Origin: Oscillospiraceae bacterium
Lineage (GTDB): Bacteria > Bacillota > Clostridia > Oscillospirales > Oscillospiraceae
NCBI GenBank assembly: GCA_017408525.1
Contig: JAFQUN010000108.1
Span: 2,739 to 66,738, forward strand
Length of the DNA: 64,000 nucleotides
Reading direction: 5' to 3'
Positions 16,240-25,371 of the stretch are shown here, one piece after another. Position 1 is the stretch's first letter; every line of letters starts with the position of its first letter. Made by a program: the position numbers and the translations under genes. The notes under the pieces were generated by a model. It made no database searches. It saw only the letters and a program-made list of their open reading frames with translations, and was not told the origin of the DNA.

Positions 16240-18096
16240 ATGGGTGAGAGAATAGCTGTTTTTGTATCACACAGAATTGATTTGCCTTGCGAAACGCCGC
16301 AAAGCTCACTATATCATCCGATGCGTTGCGGCGCCGTTTACGACACCGGAAACGCAACAATTCCGGGAGACCATACAGGAGAGCACATATCCGAACGGCG
16401 TAACTCGATGTGCGAACTTACAGTTCAGTATTGGGCATGGAAAAATTATGATGCTGATTATTATGGTCTGTGCCATTATCGAAGATACTTTTCTTTTTCG
16501 GATCAGCTGTATGGGATGCAGCGTTTTAACGTTGTGGATTCTGATACAATTTCTGCTGCCGCAAAAAAGTATTGTTTAACAGACGAGCAAAAAATGTCCA
16601 GAATAATTACATCACACGATGCAATTATCCCTACTGCCATCGATATTCGTACTGTTCTAACAGGTGTTCCTGGAGGAGAGCGCTTTTATCCCCATAGCAT
16701 TCTTGAGTTTTGGAACGCCAAAGTTGACCAAGTTGATCCCAGGTGTGTTGACGCGTTAATAAGAGTTGTCCAAGAACATCAGCCTGAATATTATCCTGCA
16801 TTAATGGAGTATTTGCACGGCACCACATTTTATGGTGGCTGTTGCTATATCATGCGCAAGGAGTTGTTCAATCAGCTTTGCGAATTCCAGTTTTCGGTCC
16901 TTGCAGAACTTGAAAAGCAATTTGATATGTCTTCCTATACGGGGGAGCATACGCGTCAACCTGCGTTTATGGGTGAAATTCTCTATGCTACGTTTTTGAT
17001 CTATCTAAGGAAGAAGGAATATAAAGTCAGAGAACATCAAGTTGTGCTGTTCAAGAGGTATCAAGTTGCGGCGGTGCCTACAAAAGCGCCGGCGGCGCCT
17101 ACAAAAGCACCGCAGGTAAATATGTCGAAAAAACCAAGCATTAGGGAAATGATTAGAAAAATGCTGCGTCGAATTTTTCCGGCGTATCGTGTAGCTTTGC
17201 GTATCGAGGAGTTTTTGCATGAGAATGCCTATGGCATGCTGCCAGGCACTGTGTCACCAAAAGATGCAGGGAAATCCGGAAAGTCCGGAAAACCGATCGC
17301 AGGTGTTTTAGCAAAGACACCGTGGCAAAAGCAGACCCTTACCTCAGATGTTGGGCTGGATGTTGCCTGCTTAGCGCTTGAAATTCGTGATACGCACAAG
17401 GCGAGCTTCTCCGAATTTAGGAATTGCCACACCGGAAAGAATGTGGTTATTGTTGCAACAGGACCTTCTATGCGGCACTATACGCAGATGGATGGAATGG
17501 CACATATTGGCATGAACTCTGCGTATAAGAATGACAAGATCAAGCTGGATTACTATTTTATCACGGATTTTGAAAACCGCGTGGAGATGTTTCAGGATCT
17601 GAAGGAATATGATTTTGTTAAGTTCTTTGGGCAATATTCGGCAGGCATCTACCGCGACCGCTTCCAGGCATCTGAGCAGATGATCTTTGAAAACAAGGGG
17701 CGCCGCTTCTTCCAAGGTGCACCGAGCATGGATATCCATGTGAACATTGAATATTACCCATTGATGGCGTTCTATTCCGTTGCATTCCAAGCAATTCATT
17801 TTGCGCTATATACAAATGCAAAGCGAATATTCCTTGTGGGCTGCGATTGCTCTTCCGATGGTTATTTTGACGGCTCCCAACAGATAGGAAGCAACCCACC
17901 GAAGTGGGTTCTCGGCTATCAAAAATTAAAGACCTTTGTTGAACACTTCTATCCCGAGACAGAAATCATCTCTGTGAATCCTGTTGGTCTGAAAGGATTG
18001 TTCCACGATGTCTATACAGAGAGCTACCTAGATCAGCATCCTGAAATCGACCGTACGCAGTGTGAGATTCTCAAGCCTGAACTTTATGAGGAATAA
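16240..18096 (+). CDS. Bifunctional putative glycosyltransferase: N-terminal DUF4422 domain, low-complexity linker, C-terminal DUF115/sialyltransferase-like domain
   Basis: 618 aa. The N-terminus is a paralog of the 22235 gene (ISERRNSMCELTVQYWAWKNYDADYYGLCHYRRYFSF). The linker has AAVPTKAPAAPTKAP and GKSGKSGKP repeats. The C-terminus has NVVIVATGPSM, DYYFITDF and AKRIFLVGCDCS motifs. Confidence 0.65.
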   Translation: MGERIAVFVSHRIDLPCETPQSSLYHPMRCGAVYDTGNATIPGDHTGEHISERRNSMCELTVQYWAWKNYDADYYGLCHYRRYFSFSDQLYGMQRFNVVDSDTISAAAKKYCLTDEQKMSRIITSHDAIIPTAIDIRTVLTGVPGGERFYPHSILEFWNAKVDQVDPRCVDALIRVVQEHQPEYYPALMEYLHGTTFYGGCCYIMRKELFNQLCEFQFSVLAELEKQFDMSSYTGEHTRQPAFMGEILYATFLIYLRKKEYKVREHQVVLFKRYQVAAVPTKAPAAPTKAPQVNMSKKPSIREMIRKMLRRIFPAYRVALRIEEFLHENAYGMLPGTVSPKDAGKSGKSGKPIAGVLAKTPWQKQTLTSDVGLDVACLALEIRDTHKASFSEFRNCHTGKNVVIVATGPSMRHYTQMDGMAHIGMNSAYKNDKIKLDYYFITDFENRVEMFQDLKEYDFVKFFGQYSAGIYRDRFQASEQMIFENKGRRFFQGAPSMDIHVNIEYYPLMAFYSVAFQAIHFALYTNAKRIFLVGCDCSSDGYFDGSQQIGSNPPKWVLGYQKLKTFVEHFYPETEIISVNPVGLKGLFHDVYTESYLDQHPEIDRTQCEILKPELYEE

Positions 18097-18101
18097 AAGT
18101 C

Positions 18102-18884
18102 ATGAAAGTTGTACTTTTAGCTGGTGGCTTCGGCACCCGAATTTCCGAAGAAAGTCAATTCAAGCCCAAGCCCATGGTGGATCTGGGCGGAATGCCTATT
18201 TTGCTGCATATTATGAAGCTGTACTCTGCGCATGGGTTCAATGAATTCATTATCTGCGCGGGGTATAAGCAGCATGTCATCAAGGAGTATTTTGCAGATT
18301 ATTTTCTGCATACTTCCGACATTACCTATGACTTTACCAGCGGCAAGAACGAAATGACTGTGCATCGCAATCATTCCGAGCCGTGGAAGGTCACTGTGGT
18401 CGACACCGGTCTGAATACGATGACCGGTGGGCGCGTCAAGCGAGTAAAGGACTACATTGGGGACGAGCCGTTCATGCTGACGTATGGTGACGGTGTGTCT
18501 GATATCAACATTACGGAGCTTGTGAAATTCCATCAGTCTCATGGAAAGCTGGTGACCATGTCAGCGTACAACGCGGGACAGCGCTTTGGCGTGCTGGATA
18601 TTGACGAGAATGGCTGCATCAATGAATTCCGCGAAAAGACGCAGGGCGACGGGAACATGATCAACATCGGCTTCATGGTTTGCCAGCCGGAGTTTGTCAA
18701 TTACATCGATGGCGATAGCACGGTTCTGGAGAAGAAGCCGATGGAGACGGTCGCAAAGATCGGTCAGCTGATGGCGTACAAGCACGAAGGCTTCTGGCAG
18801 TGCATGGATACTGTGCGCGAAAAAGAGACACTGGAAAAGATGTGGGTCAAGGGCGAGGCTCCTTGGAAAGTGTGGGCTGATTGA
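18102..18884 (+). CDS. rfbF: Glucose-1-phosphate cytidylyltransferase
   Basis: MKVVLLAGGFGTRISEESQFKPKPMVDLGGMPILLHIMKLYSAHGFNEFIICAGYKQHVIKEYF is the canonical RfbF N-terminus. 260 aa. Confidence 0.9.
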   Translation: MKVVLLAGGFGTRISEESQFKPKPMVDLGGMPILLHIMKLYSAHGFNEFIICAGYKQHVIKEYFADYFLHTSDITYDFTSGKNEMTVHRNHSEPWKVTVVDTGLNTMTGGRVKRVKDYIGDEPFMLTYGDGVSDINITELVKFHQSHGKLVTMSAYNAGQRFGVLDIDENGCINEFREKTQGDGNMINIGFMVCQPEFVNYIDGDSTVLEKKPMETVAKIGQLMAYKHEGFWQCMDTVREKETLEKMWVKGEAPWKVWAD

Positions 18885-19948
18885 TGCGGTATATTGATTT
18901 TGGGTTCTATAAAGGAAAGCGAGTCTTTGTAACAGGTCATACAGGGTTTAAGGGCAGCTGGCTCTGCCGAATTTTGGTTAATGCCGGCGCGGAGGTAACG
19001 GGTTACTCTTTGCCCGCGCCCACCGACCCCAATTTGTTCGAGCTGGCGGGGCTGGAAGGCAAGATGAAGAGCGTCATAGGTGATGTCCGCGATTTGGCTG
19101 CAATGAAGCGTGCATTTGACGAAGCACAGCCGGAGATCGTGCTGCACCTTGCCGCGCAGCCCATCGTTCGCGACAGCTATAAAGATCCCGCCTATACTTA
19201 CGAAACCAATGTTATGGGGACAGTCAACATTCTCGAATGTGTGCGGCAGTCGAGTTGTGTCCGCAGCTTCTTGAATGTGACTACAGATAAGGTGTATCAG
19301 AACAACGAGTGGGCGTGGGGCTATCGTGAAAATGAGCCGTTGGACGGATTTGATCCCTATTCAAATTCGAAGTCCTGCTCTGAATTGGTCACACATAGTT
19401 ATCTCAACAGCTTTTTCGCGGATGGAGCGCTTGCTGTTTCCACCGCTCGCGCAGGAAATGTGATCGGTGGCGGTGATTTTGCAAACGATCGTATCGTTCC
19501 GGACTGTATTCGTGCTATGCAAGCGGGGAAAGATATCATTGTTCGCAATCCGCACTCCACTCGTCCGTATCAGCACGTTTTGGAGCCGTTGTTTGCCTAC
19601 CTGATGATTGCGCAGAGACAGTATGAGGACAGAAAATTTGCCGGTTGGTATAATGTTGGCCCTGATGAGTGCGACTGTGTGACAACGGGCGATTTGGTGG
19701 ATTTGTTTTGCAAGACGTGGGGTGATGGCGCCAAGTGGATCAATCAGGCGGAAGCCAACGCGCCCCATGAGGCAAACTTCCTTAAGCTGGACTGCTCCAA
19801 ATTGAAATCCGTCTTTGATTGGCAGCCTCGTTGGCACATTGATGAGGCAATCGGAAAAACCGTCGAGTGGACCAAGATTTGGTTGGAAGAAGGAGATGTG
19901 CCTGCCGAGATGGATCGGCAGATTGCAGATTACATGGGAGATATATGA
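18881..19948 (+). CDS. rfbG: CDP-glucose 4,6-dehydratase
   Basis: 355 aa. VFVTGHTGFKGSWL, DPYSNSKSCSELV (YxxxK) and the length are typical of RfbG/DdhB. The start overlaps the rfbF stop. Confidence 0.88.
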   Translation: MMRYIDFGFYKGKRVFVTGHTGFKGSWLCRILVNAGAEVTGYSLPAPTDPNLFELAGLEGKMKSVIGDVRDLAAMKRAFDEAQPEIVLHLAAQPIVRDSYKDPAYTYETNVMGTVNILECVRQSSCVRSFLNVTTDKVYQNNEWAWGYRENEPLDGFDPYSNSKSCSELVTHSYLNSFFADGALAVSTARAGNVIGGGDFANDRIVPDCIRAMQAGKDIIVRNPHSTRPYQHVLEPLFAYLMIAQRQYEDRKFAGWYNVGPDECDCVTTGDLVDLFCKTWGDGAKWINQAEANAPHEANFLKLDCSKLKSVFDWQPRWHIDEAIGKTVEWTKIWLEEGDVPAEMDRQIADYMGDI

Positions 19949-20880
19949 GAGCGGTTGTGATTACAGGAGCAGATGGTTTCATAGGAAGCCACCTTGTCCA
20001 ACATCTTGCAAAGCAAGGGATTCTGGTGTATGCCATCGTTTTAAATGAAAGTAAGACACGTTTCCGAGTGGAAGGGTTGCAGAATGTGAATGTGGTTGCA
20101 GCTGCGCCAGAAGATTATATGAGTCTGTGTTCTATACTGCCCATGGAACCGGATGCCTTTATTCACTTGGCATGGGACGGAGTTGCTCCAGAAAAGCGCA
20201 ATTCTACAGAAAAACAGTCGAAGAATATTTCCTGTGCTTTCAGTGCTGTTAGATTGGCAGCTACGATTCGTGCTGGACGTTTTATCCTTCCGGGCTCCAC
20301 CGCGGAGTATATGAACAGCGGAACCGTCATTAACGAAAAGACGCTGCCATCACCCCAGAACGCCTACGGTTCAGCAAAAATAGCCGTGCGTTACCTTTGC
20401 CGAAGCTTGTGTGATGAACTGGGGATTCCGTTTGTTTATGCTGTTATAACAGGTATTTATGCGTCAGACAGAACCGACAACAATGTTATATATTACGCTA
20501 TTTCAAACCTTTTGGCAGGGAAAAAACCTTCATTCACAAAACTGGAACAACTGTGGGACTATGTACACATTGACGATGTCGTACGTGCATTTGCTTGTAT
20601 TGCGGAAAAAGGGAAAGATGGAGCGTTTTATGCAATTGGACATGGCGATAACTGGCCCTTACGCAATTATATCTACCAGATCAGAGATATCATCAATCCC
20701 TCGCTTCCTCTTGGAATTGGGGAGATCCCGTACACGGGGGGAAGCCTCCCCATTTCGTGCGTTGACTTAACCGCGTTGCGTAGAGATACCGGATTTGAAC
20801 CGGTGGTCTCATTCGAAGCTGGAATTCGGGATGTGATTGCAAAGGTTGCAGAGCAGATGAACAACAAAGAGAATCTCTAG
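19945..20880 (+). CDS. NAD(P)-dependent extended-SDR epimerase/reductase (probable CDP-4-keto-6-deoxyhexose reductase/epimerase)
   Basis: The ATG at 19945 overlaps the rfbG stop (ATGA). VVITGADGFIGSHL Rossmann motif and a YGSAKIA catalytic YxxxK. Substrate specificity cannot be read from the sequence. Confidence 0.7.
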   Translation: MRAVVITGADGFIGSHLVQHLAKQGILVYAIVLNESKTRFRVEGLQNVNVVAAAPEDYMSLCSILPMEPDAFIHLAWDGVAPEKRNSTEKQSKNISCAFSAVRLAATIRAGRFILPGSTAEYMNSGTVINEKTLPSPQNAYGSAKIAVRYLCRSLCDELGIPFVYAVITGIYASDRTDNNVIYYAISNLLAGKKPSFTKLEQLWDYVHIDDVVRAFACIAEKGKDGAFYAIGHGDNWPLRNYIYQIRDIINPSLPLGIGEIPYTGGSLPISCVDLTALRRDTGFEPVVSFEAGIRDVIAKVAEQMNNKENL

Positions 20881-20891
20881 GAGGGGCAATT

Positions 20892-22031
20892 ATGGATTGT
20901 CTGGTTATAGGTTGCGGTCTATCGGGCGCAGTAATCGCTCGCCACCTGGCGGAACAGGGAAAGCTTGTGACGATTTGGGAACGGCGTGACCACATAGGCG
21001 GAAATATGTACGACTATGTGGATGAGCACGGGTTTTTGGTGCAAAAGTATGGACCGCATACGTTTCATACAAAAAACGAAGCGCTATATAACTACATGTG
21101 CCGGTTTGAACAGTGGAACGAATATAAGCTGACTTGTGGTGCTGTATGGAGTGGAAAATACACGCCAACGCCCTTTAACTTTACGACGATCGACACCTTT
21201 TATCCGCCGGAAAAAGCGATACAGCTAAAAGAAAAATTGACTCGTGCATTTGAAGGCAGACAGACAGCCACGGTTGTGGAAGTTTTGGAGCATCCTGATC
21301 CTGACATTCGGGGGTATGCCGAATTTTTGTTTAAAAATGATTATGCGCCGTATACCGCAAAACAGTGGGGGGTCTCCCCAGAAGAAATCGATCCGAGTGT
21401 ACTAAAGCGTGTGCCGCTTCGGTTTTCTTATCAGGAAGGGTATTTTGACGATCCCTATCAGGTCATGCCTGCCCATTCGTTTACCGCTTTCTTTGAAAAG
21501 CTGCTTGATCATCCCAACATTCATGTCAAACTTGGGATGGAAGCGCTCGACCATCTTTGCGCAAAAGATGGTGCGCTGTATTTGGATGGTGGGAAACTGG
21601 ATATTCCTGTCATCTATACAGGAGCATTGGATGAACTGTTTGGATGTGTCTACGGAAGACTGCCCTACCGCTCTTTGCGCTTTGAGTGGAAGTATTCTGA
21701 GGATGACAGTATTCAGGAAGCTCCTGTTGTGGCGTATCCGCAGGAGAATGGCTATACCCGTATTACGGAGTATAAAAAATTGCCAATACAAGATGGGCTG
21801 GGAACCAGCTATGCGGTGGAGTATCCCCTGCCCTATAAGGGGGATGAGAAGACGGAGCCCTATTACCCTGTACTGACGGAGAAAAGCCAGGAGCAGTATC
21901 GGCGGTATAAAGAACTTGCGGACAGAATTCCCAATCTAATTTGCTGCGGGCGTTTGGCAGATTTCAAGTATTATAACATGGATCAGGCGTTGGCACGAGT
22001 CTTAGATGTTTGTGCAGAATGTTTTGGATGA
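20892..22031 (+). CDS. glf: UDP-galactopyranose mutase
   Basis: 379 aa. DCLVIGCGLSGAVIARHLAEQGKLVTIWERRDHIGGNMYD, GPHTFHT and the ADFKYYNMDQA C-terminus are typical of Glf. Confidence 0.9.
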   Translation: MDCLVIGCGLSGAVIARHLAEQGKLVTIWERRDHIGGNMYDYVDEHGFLVQKYGPHTFHTKNEALYNYMCRFEQWNEYKLTCGAVWSGKYTPTPFNFTTIDTFYPPEKAIQLKEKLTRAFEGRQTATVVEVLEHPDPDIRGYAEFLFKNDYAPYTAKQWGVSPEEIDPSVLKRVPLRFSYQEGYFDDPYQVMPAHSFTAFFEKLLDHPNIHVKLGMEALDHLCAKDGALYLDGGKLDIPVIYTGALDELFGCVYGRLPYRSLRFEWKYSEDDSIQEAPVVAYPQENGYTRITEYKKLPIQDGLGTSYAVEYPLPYKGDEKTEPYYPVLTEKSQEQYRRYKELADRIPNLICCGRLADFKYYNMDQALARVLDVCAECFG

Positions 22032-22234
22032 GTGCAGGTAAGAGATATCAATTCTGCCGGCATTCATGTTCTGTTGCCAAATAAACCTTGTAGCGCCACT
22101 GTATACAAGACCGCTCCGGGTGCCGGAATTGCTTGCGCAGCTGGAGGGCGGTAGTCCTGCGCTGAGGGGTTGCGATTGAAGTGTAAATCTACGGACAATA
22201 AAGCCGTGGCAATAAAGAGGTAGGAGGGGCAACG

Positions 22235-23236
22235 GTGCCAGACATAAAGATATTTGTTTCTCGCCGCATTGATATCGATAGTGAAATGGTTGACAATCCG
22301 CTATATGTGCCGGTGCGCTGCGGCGCGGTGTTTGACGAGGAAAACCTGACGAATATCGCAGGGGATGACACAGGAGATAACATCTCAGAGCGCCGTATGA
22401 ACTTTTGTGAGTTTACTGTGCAGTATTGGGCGTGGAAAAACGAGTCAGCAGACTATTACGGGTTGTGCCATTATCGACGGTATCTCTCCTTCGACGAAAA
22501 GCACCACCGAACAAATGGGCATGGTCTTGTCATGGCAGCAAGTCTATCCCGCTTTGCAATGAAGCGGTACGGGCTGTTGGATAAAGCTGCAATGGTCGAG
22601 AAAATTGTACAGTACGATTTAGTGATGCCTGAGCCGGCGCCGGTTGCGCGGATGCCTCTGCCGCAAGGAAAAGTAAAAACAGTCCGACAACTGTGGGAAT
22701 CCCATGACGGTATTTTCTTTGAGAAAAAGGTTATTGATCGAATGTTTGAGTTGATCGATGATCTGTCTCCGGAATATAGTGCCTCAGCGAGGGAGTATTT
22801 TGCTGGTGATCACCATATGGGTTATAACTGCTATATTATGTGTAAACCGCTATTTGAGCGGTTGTGCTGTTTTCAGTTTCCCATTATGGAGGCGATCGAA
22901 GAGGAGTTAGATACTACCGGCTATACCGCTGAAATGCTTCGAACACCGGGTTATGTGGGAGAAATGCTGTTTGGCATATTCTTGTATCATGTGACACGTC
23001 ACGAGAAGTGGAGGGTAAGCCAACGACAGCTCGTTCTGTTTGTTGAAACGCGTGCATTGAGTTGGGCGGAGCATGCCCGAAGACGTTTTGCGTTTTGGAT
23101 GGGGCAAGTGCTTCGGATCATTATTGCCCCATTTTTTCCGTTGGGCACAAAACGGCGGAAGGTTCTCAGAGATATTTTTTATGCGGTCGTTTCCGCAAAA
23201 GAGAGAAGTGCTGCAGCGTCGTCTCAAACGAAATAA
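22235..23236 (+). CDS. DUF4422-domain protein (putative glycosyltransferase, possibly Galf-related)
   Basis: 333 aa. GTG start behind a GGTAGGAGGGG RBS. Paralogous to the N-terminal domain of the 16240 gene (ISERRMNFCEFTVQYWAWKNESADYYGLCHYRRYLSF). Confidence 0.7.
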   Translation: MPDIKIFVSRRIDIDSEMVDNPLYVPVRCGAVFDEENLTNIAGDDTGDNISERRMNFCEFTVQYWAWKNESADYYGLCHYRRYLSFDEKHHRTNGHGLVMAASLSRFAMKRYGLLDKAAMVEKIVQYDLVMPEPAPVARMPLPQGKVKTVRQLWESHDGIFFEKKVIDRMFELIDDLSPEYSASAREYFAGDHHMGYNCYIMCKPLFERLCCFQFPIMEAIEEELDTTGYTAEMLRTPGYVGEMLFGIFLYHVTRHEKWRVSQRQLVLFVETRALSWAEHARRRFAFWMGQVLRIIIAPFFPLGTKRRKVLRDIFYAVVSAKERSAAASSQTK

Positions 23237-23814
23237 GTGGCGTGCAGAAACTTTTTGGAAACAGGGGTAAGAGCAACGCGATGTTTCTTGTCTTCGGTGT
23301 GCTTTCTGACGAAGTAGGCTGCAGAGGACATCCCGATTCTTGAAATGGCCAGTATAGGCGGATCGAGCGCAAGGAAACGGTCGTTGATTTGCTGCGCAGC
23401 GCCCTCCACACTTTGCAGCTGGCTGTAGATGCCGATGATGATTTCCGTTTCCTGAAGCAGATGGTCGCTGGTTGAACCGACCGTGTTTCTGGTCAGAGTC
23501 TTGAATTCTACGAAATCCACAATAGAGAATCTCTCCCCCGAGATAGACGTTGCAATGGTTCGCGGGACATGGAATTCATGTTGGAGATTTTCTTTGGAGA
23601 AGTATAATGGGAAAGGATATACAGCGCTGTTGCCGAGAATCTTCCATTGAAAATCCCTCGCAGTCATTCTAGAATGACCACGAAGGTGGATAGCGTCAAG
23701 AGTTGTGCGTAAATTAGTTCGCAGCTTCTGGTCAAATGGAGTCAGTCGACAATAGAGGTATCCTCGAAAGCTGCCTCTAAATGCTTCATGTTCATGAGCT
23801 TCTTGCTGCCCCAC
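23224..23814 (-). pseudogene. Unassigned ORF or gene remnant adjacent to the transposase relic
   Basis: 196-aa ORF with no family I recognise. It overlaps the 3' end of the DUF4422 gene and the C-terminus of the IS relic, and has no clear RBS. It may be a fragment of cargo or of a disrupted gene. Confidence 0.2.
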
Positions 23815-24422
23815 TGTGTGCCGGAAATATGCGTAGCTGTGCGCAGACCAACATCAGCGCAGAGGTGCCGCAGGGAAAAGTCTCCACTATCCTCGTTAAG
23901 TGGCGGAGCTCGCGGTTTTGAACTATTCAATGGCATTGTTGGTCTGGATCCGAGTCCAGTGTTCGAACAGAAAACCGTAGTAGGTCCAATGCTGTTCGGA
24001 CAAAAGCGCAAACTGTTCGGTTTGCGAAAATTGAGAAATCCCTGCCCGTTTTTGAGATGGGCGGGGATTTCTTCGCCGTTACATTTTTGATCAGCGCTCG
24101 CACAGTTCTGCAAAAAATCCACCACATAAAAAGCCAGCGTATTCTTGATACGCCTAATTGTCTCTGCTGGAAAAAAGCTGCCTCCATTGAGATGCGGCAT
24201 GTGGATCGTGATACCTTCGGAAGTGGTGGTAAGATTTCGATAATAGTGGTCGCTGCGGCAGCCCTGGCGAGCCTCGCTGCGCTCGTAGCGTACCGCCTGA
24301 GTCAGCTTTTCTGCCTCGGCTTCCAGCAGTTTGTTGAGCGTTTCCTCCACGCTGCCGCGCACCAATTCCTTGATCTGACCCTTGATAATTTCTTCGTTCA
24401 GCTGTACAATCTTCTCGGACAT
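23742..24422 (-). mobile_element. Degenerate IS256-family (mutator-type) transposase gene: frameshifted and internally deleted
   Basis: The N-terminus LNKLLEAEAEKLTQAVRYERSEARQGCRSDHYYRNLTTTSEGITIHMPHL matches the IS256 transposase N-terminal pattern. EHWTRIQTNNAIE, ALMLVCA and HISGTQWGSKKLMNMKHLE blocks appear in three different frames. The total span of about 0.7 kb compares with about 1.2 kb for an intact gene. Confidence 0.75.
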
Positions 24423-24561
24423 GGCTTGTTGTCTCCTTTCGAATGTTTGCGTCGTGGCTTCATTCTACCAGAGATCTGCAAACCATGTCTCCCTTTTTAC
24501 CCTTTTTTCAATTTGCGCAATTTATTGTACATTATCTCGAGCATTTATGCATTATTACAGC

Positions 24562-24601
24562 AAGAGACCGCTGATTCATTTCATTGAATCAGCGGTCTCT
24601 T
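24562..24601. terminator. Bidirectional hairpin terminator between the IS relic and tagH
   Basis: AAGAGACCGCTGATTCA-TTTCA-TTGAATCAGCGGTCTCTT. Confidence 0.7.
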
Positions 24602-24606
24602 CTATA

Positions 24607-25371
24607 TCACAGTTTCAGCTTTCCGTCCAAAAAGTCCTGATAGCGGTCACAGATCGCCTGCACATCGTCGCCAAATTCGATTTGGCGACCTTTGTGCAGC
24701 CACAATATTTTATTGCACATTTCGCGCACTTGTGCGATCGAGTGTGAGACCAGGATCGTTGTTGCACCGCTGCCGATGATCTCGCGCATTTTCTGTTCGC
24801 TCTTTTTTCTGAACGCACCATCGCCGACGGAAAGGACCTCGTCCAAAATCAAGATATCGGGATGCACCAGCGACGCGATCGAAAAAGCCAGACGCGACTT
24901 CATGCCGGAGGAGAGCTGCTTAAACGGTCTATCCTCAAATTCGCGCAGTTCGGCAAAGTCGATGATCCGGTCGTACGTTTCATCCATAAATTTGCGCGTA
25001 TAACCCAGCATGGCGCCGCGCAGATATGTGTTCTCCCGCACGGTGAGCTCGCCGTCAAAGCCGCTTCCAAGCTCCAAAAGCGCCGCAATGCTACCCTCTC
25101 TTCGTACATAACCGCAGGTTGGTCGCATGATCCCGGAGACGACCTTGAGCAGTGTGGACTTGCCGGCACCGTTAGTGCCGATAATACCAAGCATATCCCC
25201 CTTTTCAATAGAGAATGTGATGTCCTTATCTGCCCAAAACTCCACGACATTATAATTCTTCTTGATTTTGCGAAGAACGTATTCTTTCAAACCGATGTCC
25301 TTAAAGTCGCCCGTCATGTAGCGAATGGACACGTTGTTTACTTCCAAAATGCTCATGGCATCCTCCGTCAA
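24607..25371 (-). CDS. tagH: Polysaccharide/teichoic-acid export ABC transporter ATP-binding protein (TagH/Wzt-like, short form without a C-terminal extension)
   Basis: 254 aa. Walker A GTNGAGKST, signature LSSGMKSRLAF, Walker B ILILDEVLSVGD. Confidence 0.85.
   Translation of the reverse strand: MTEDAMSILEVNNVSIRYMTGDFKDIGLKEYVLRKIKKNYNVVEFWADKDITFSIEKGDMLGIIGTNGAGKSTLLKVVSGIMRPTCGYVRREGSIAALLELGSGFDGELTVRENTYLRGAMLGYTRKFMDETYDRIIDFAELREFEDRPFKQLSSGMKSRLAFSIASLVHPDILILDEVLSVGDGAFRKKSEQKMREIIGSGATTILVSHSIAQVREMCNKILWLHKGRQIEFGDDVQAICDRYQDFLDGKLKL

Noticed and set aside
17065-17300. Short tandem nucleotide repeats (GCGCCTACAAAAGC x2, GGAAAGTCCGGAAA-type) as a possible CRISPR or VNTR locus.
   Set aside because: They are in-frame within the linker of the 16240 gene, have only two to three units and have no spacer structure. 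They are interpreted as a low-complexity protein linker.
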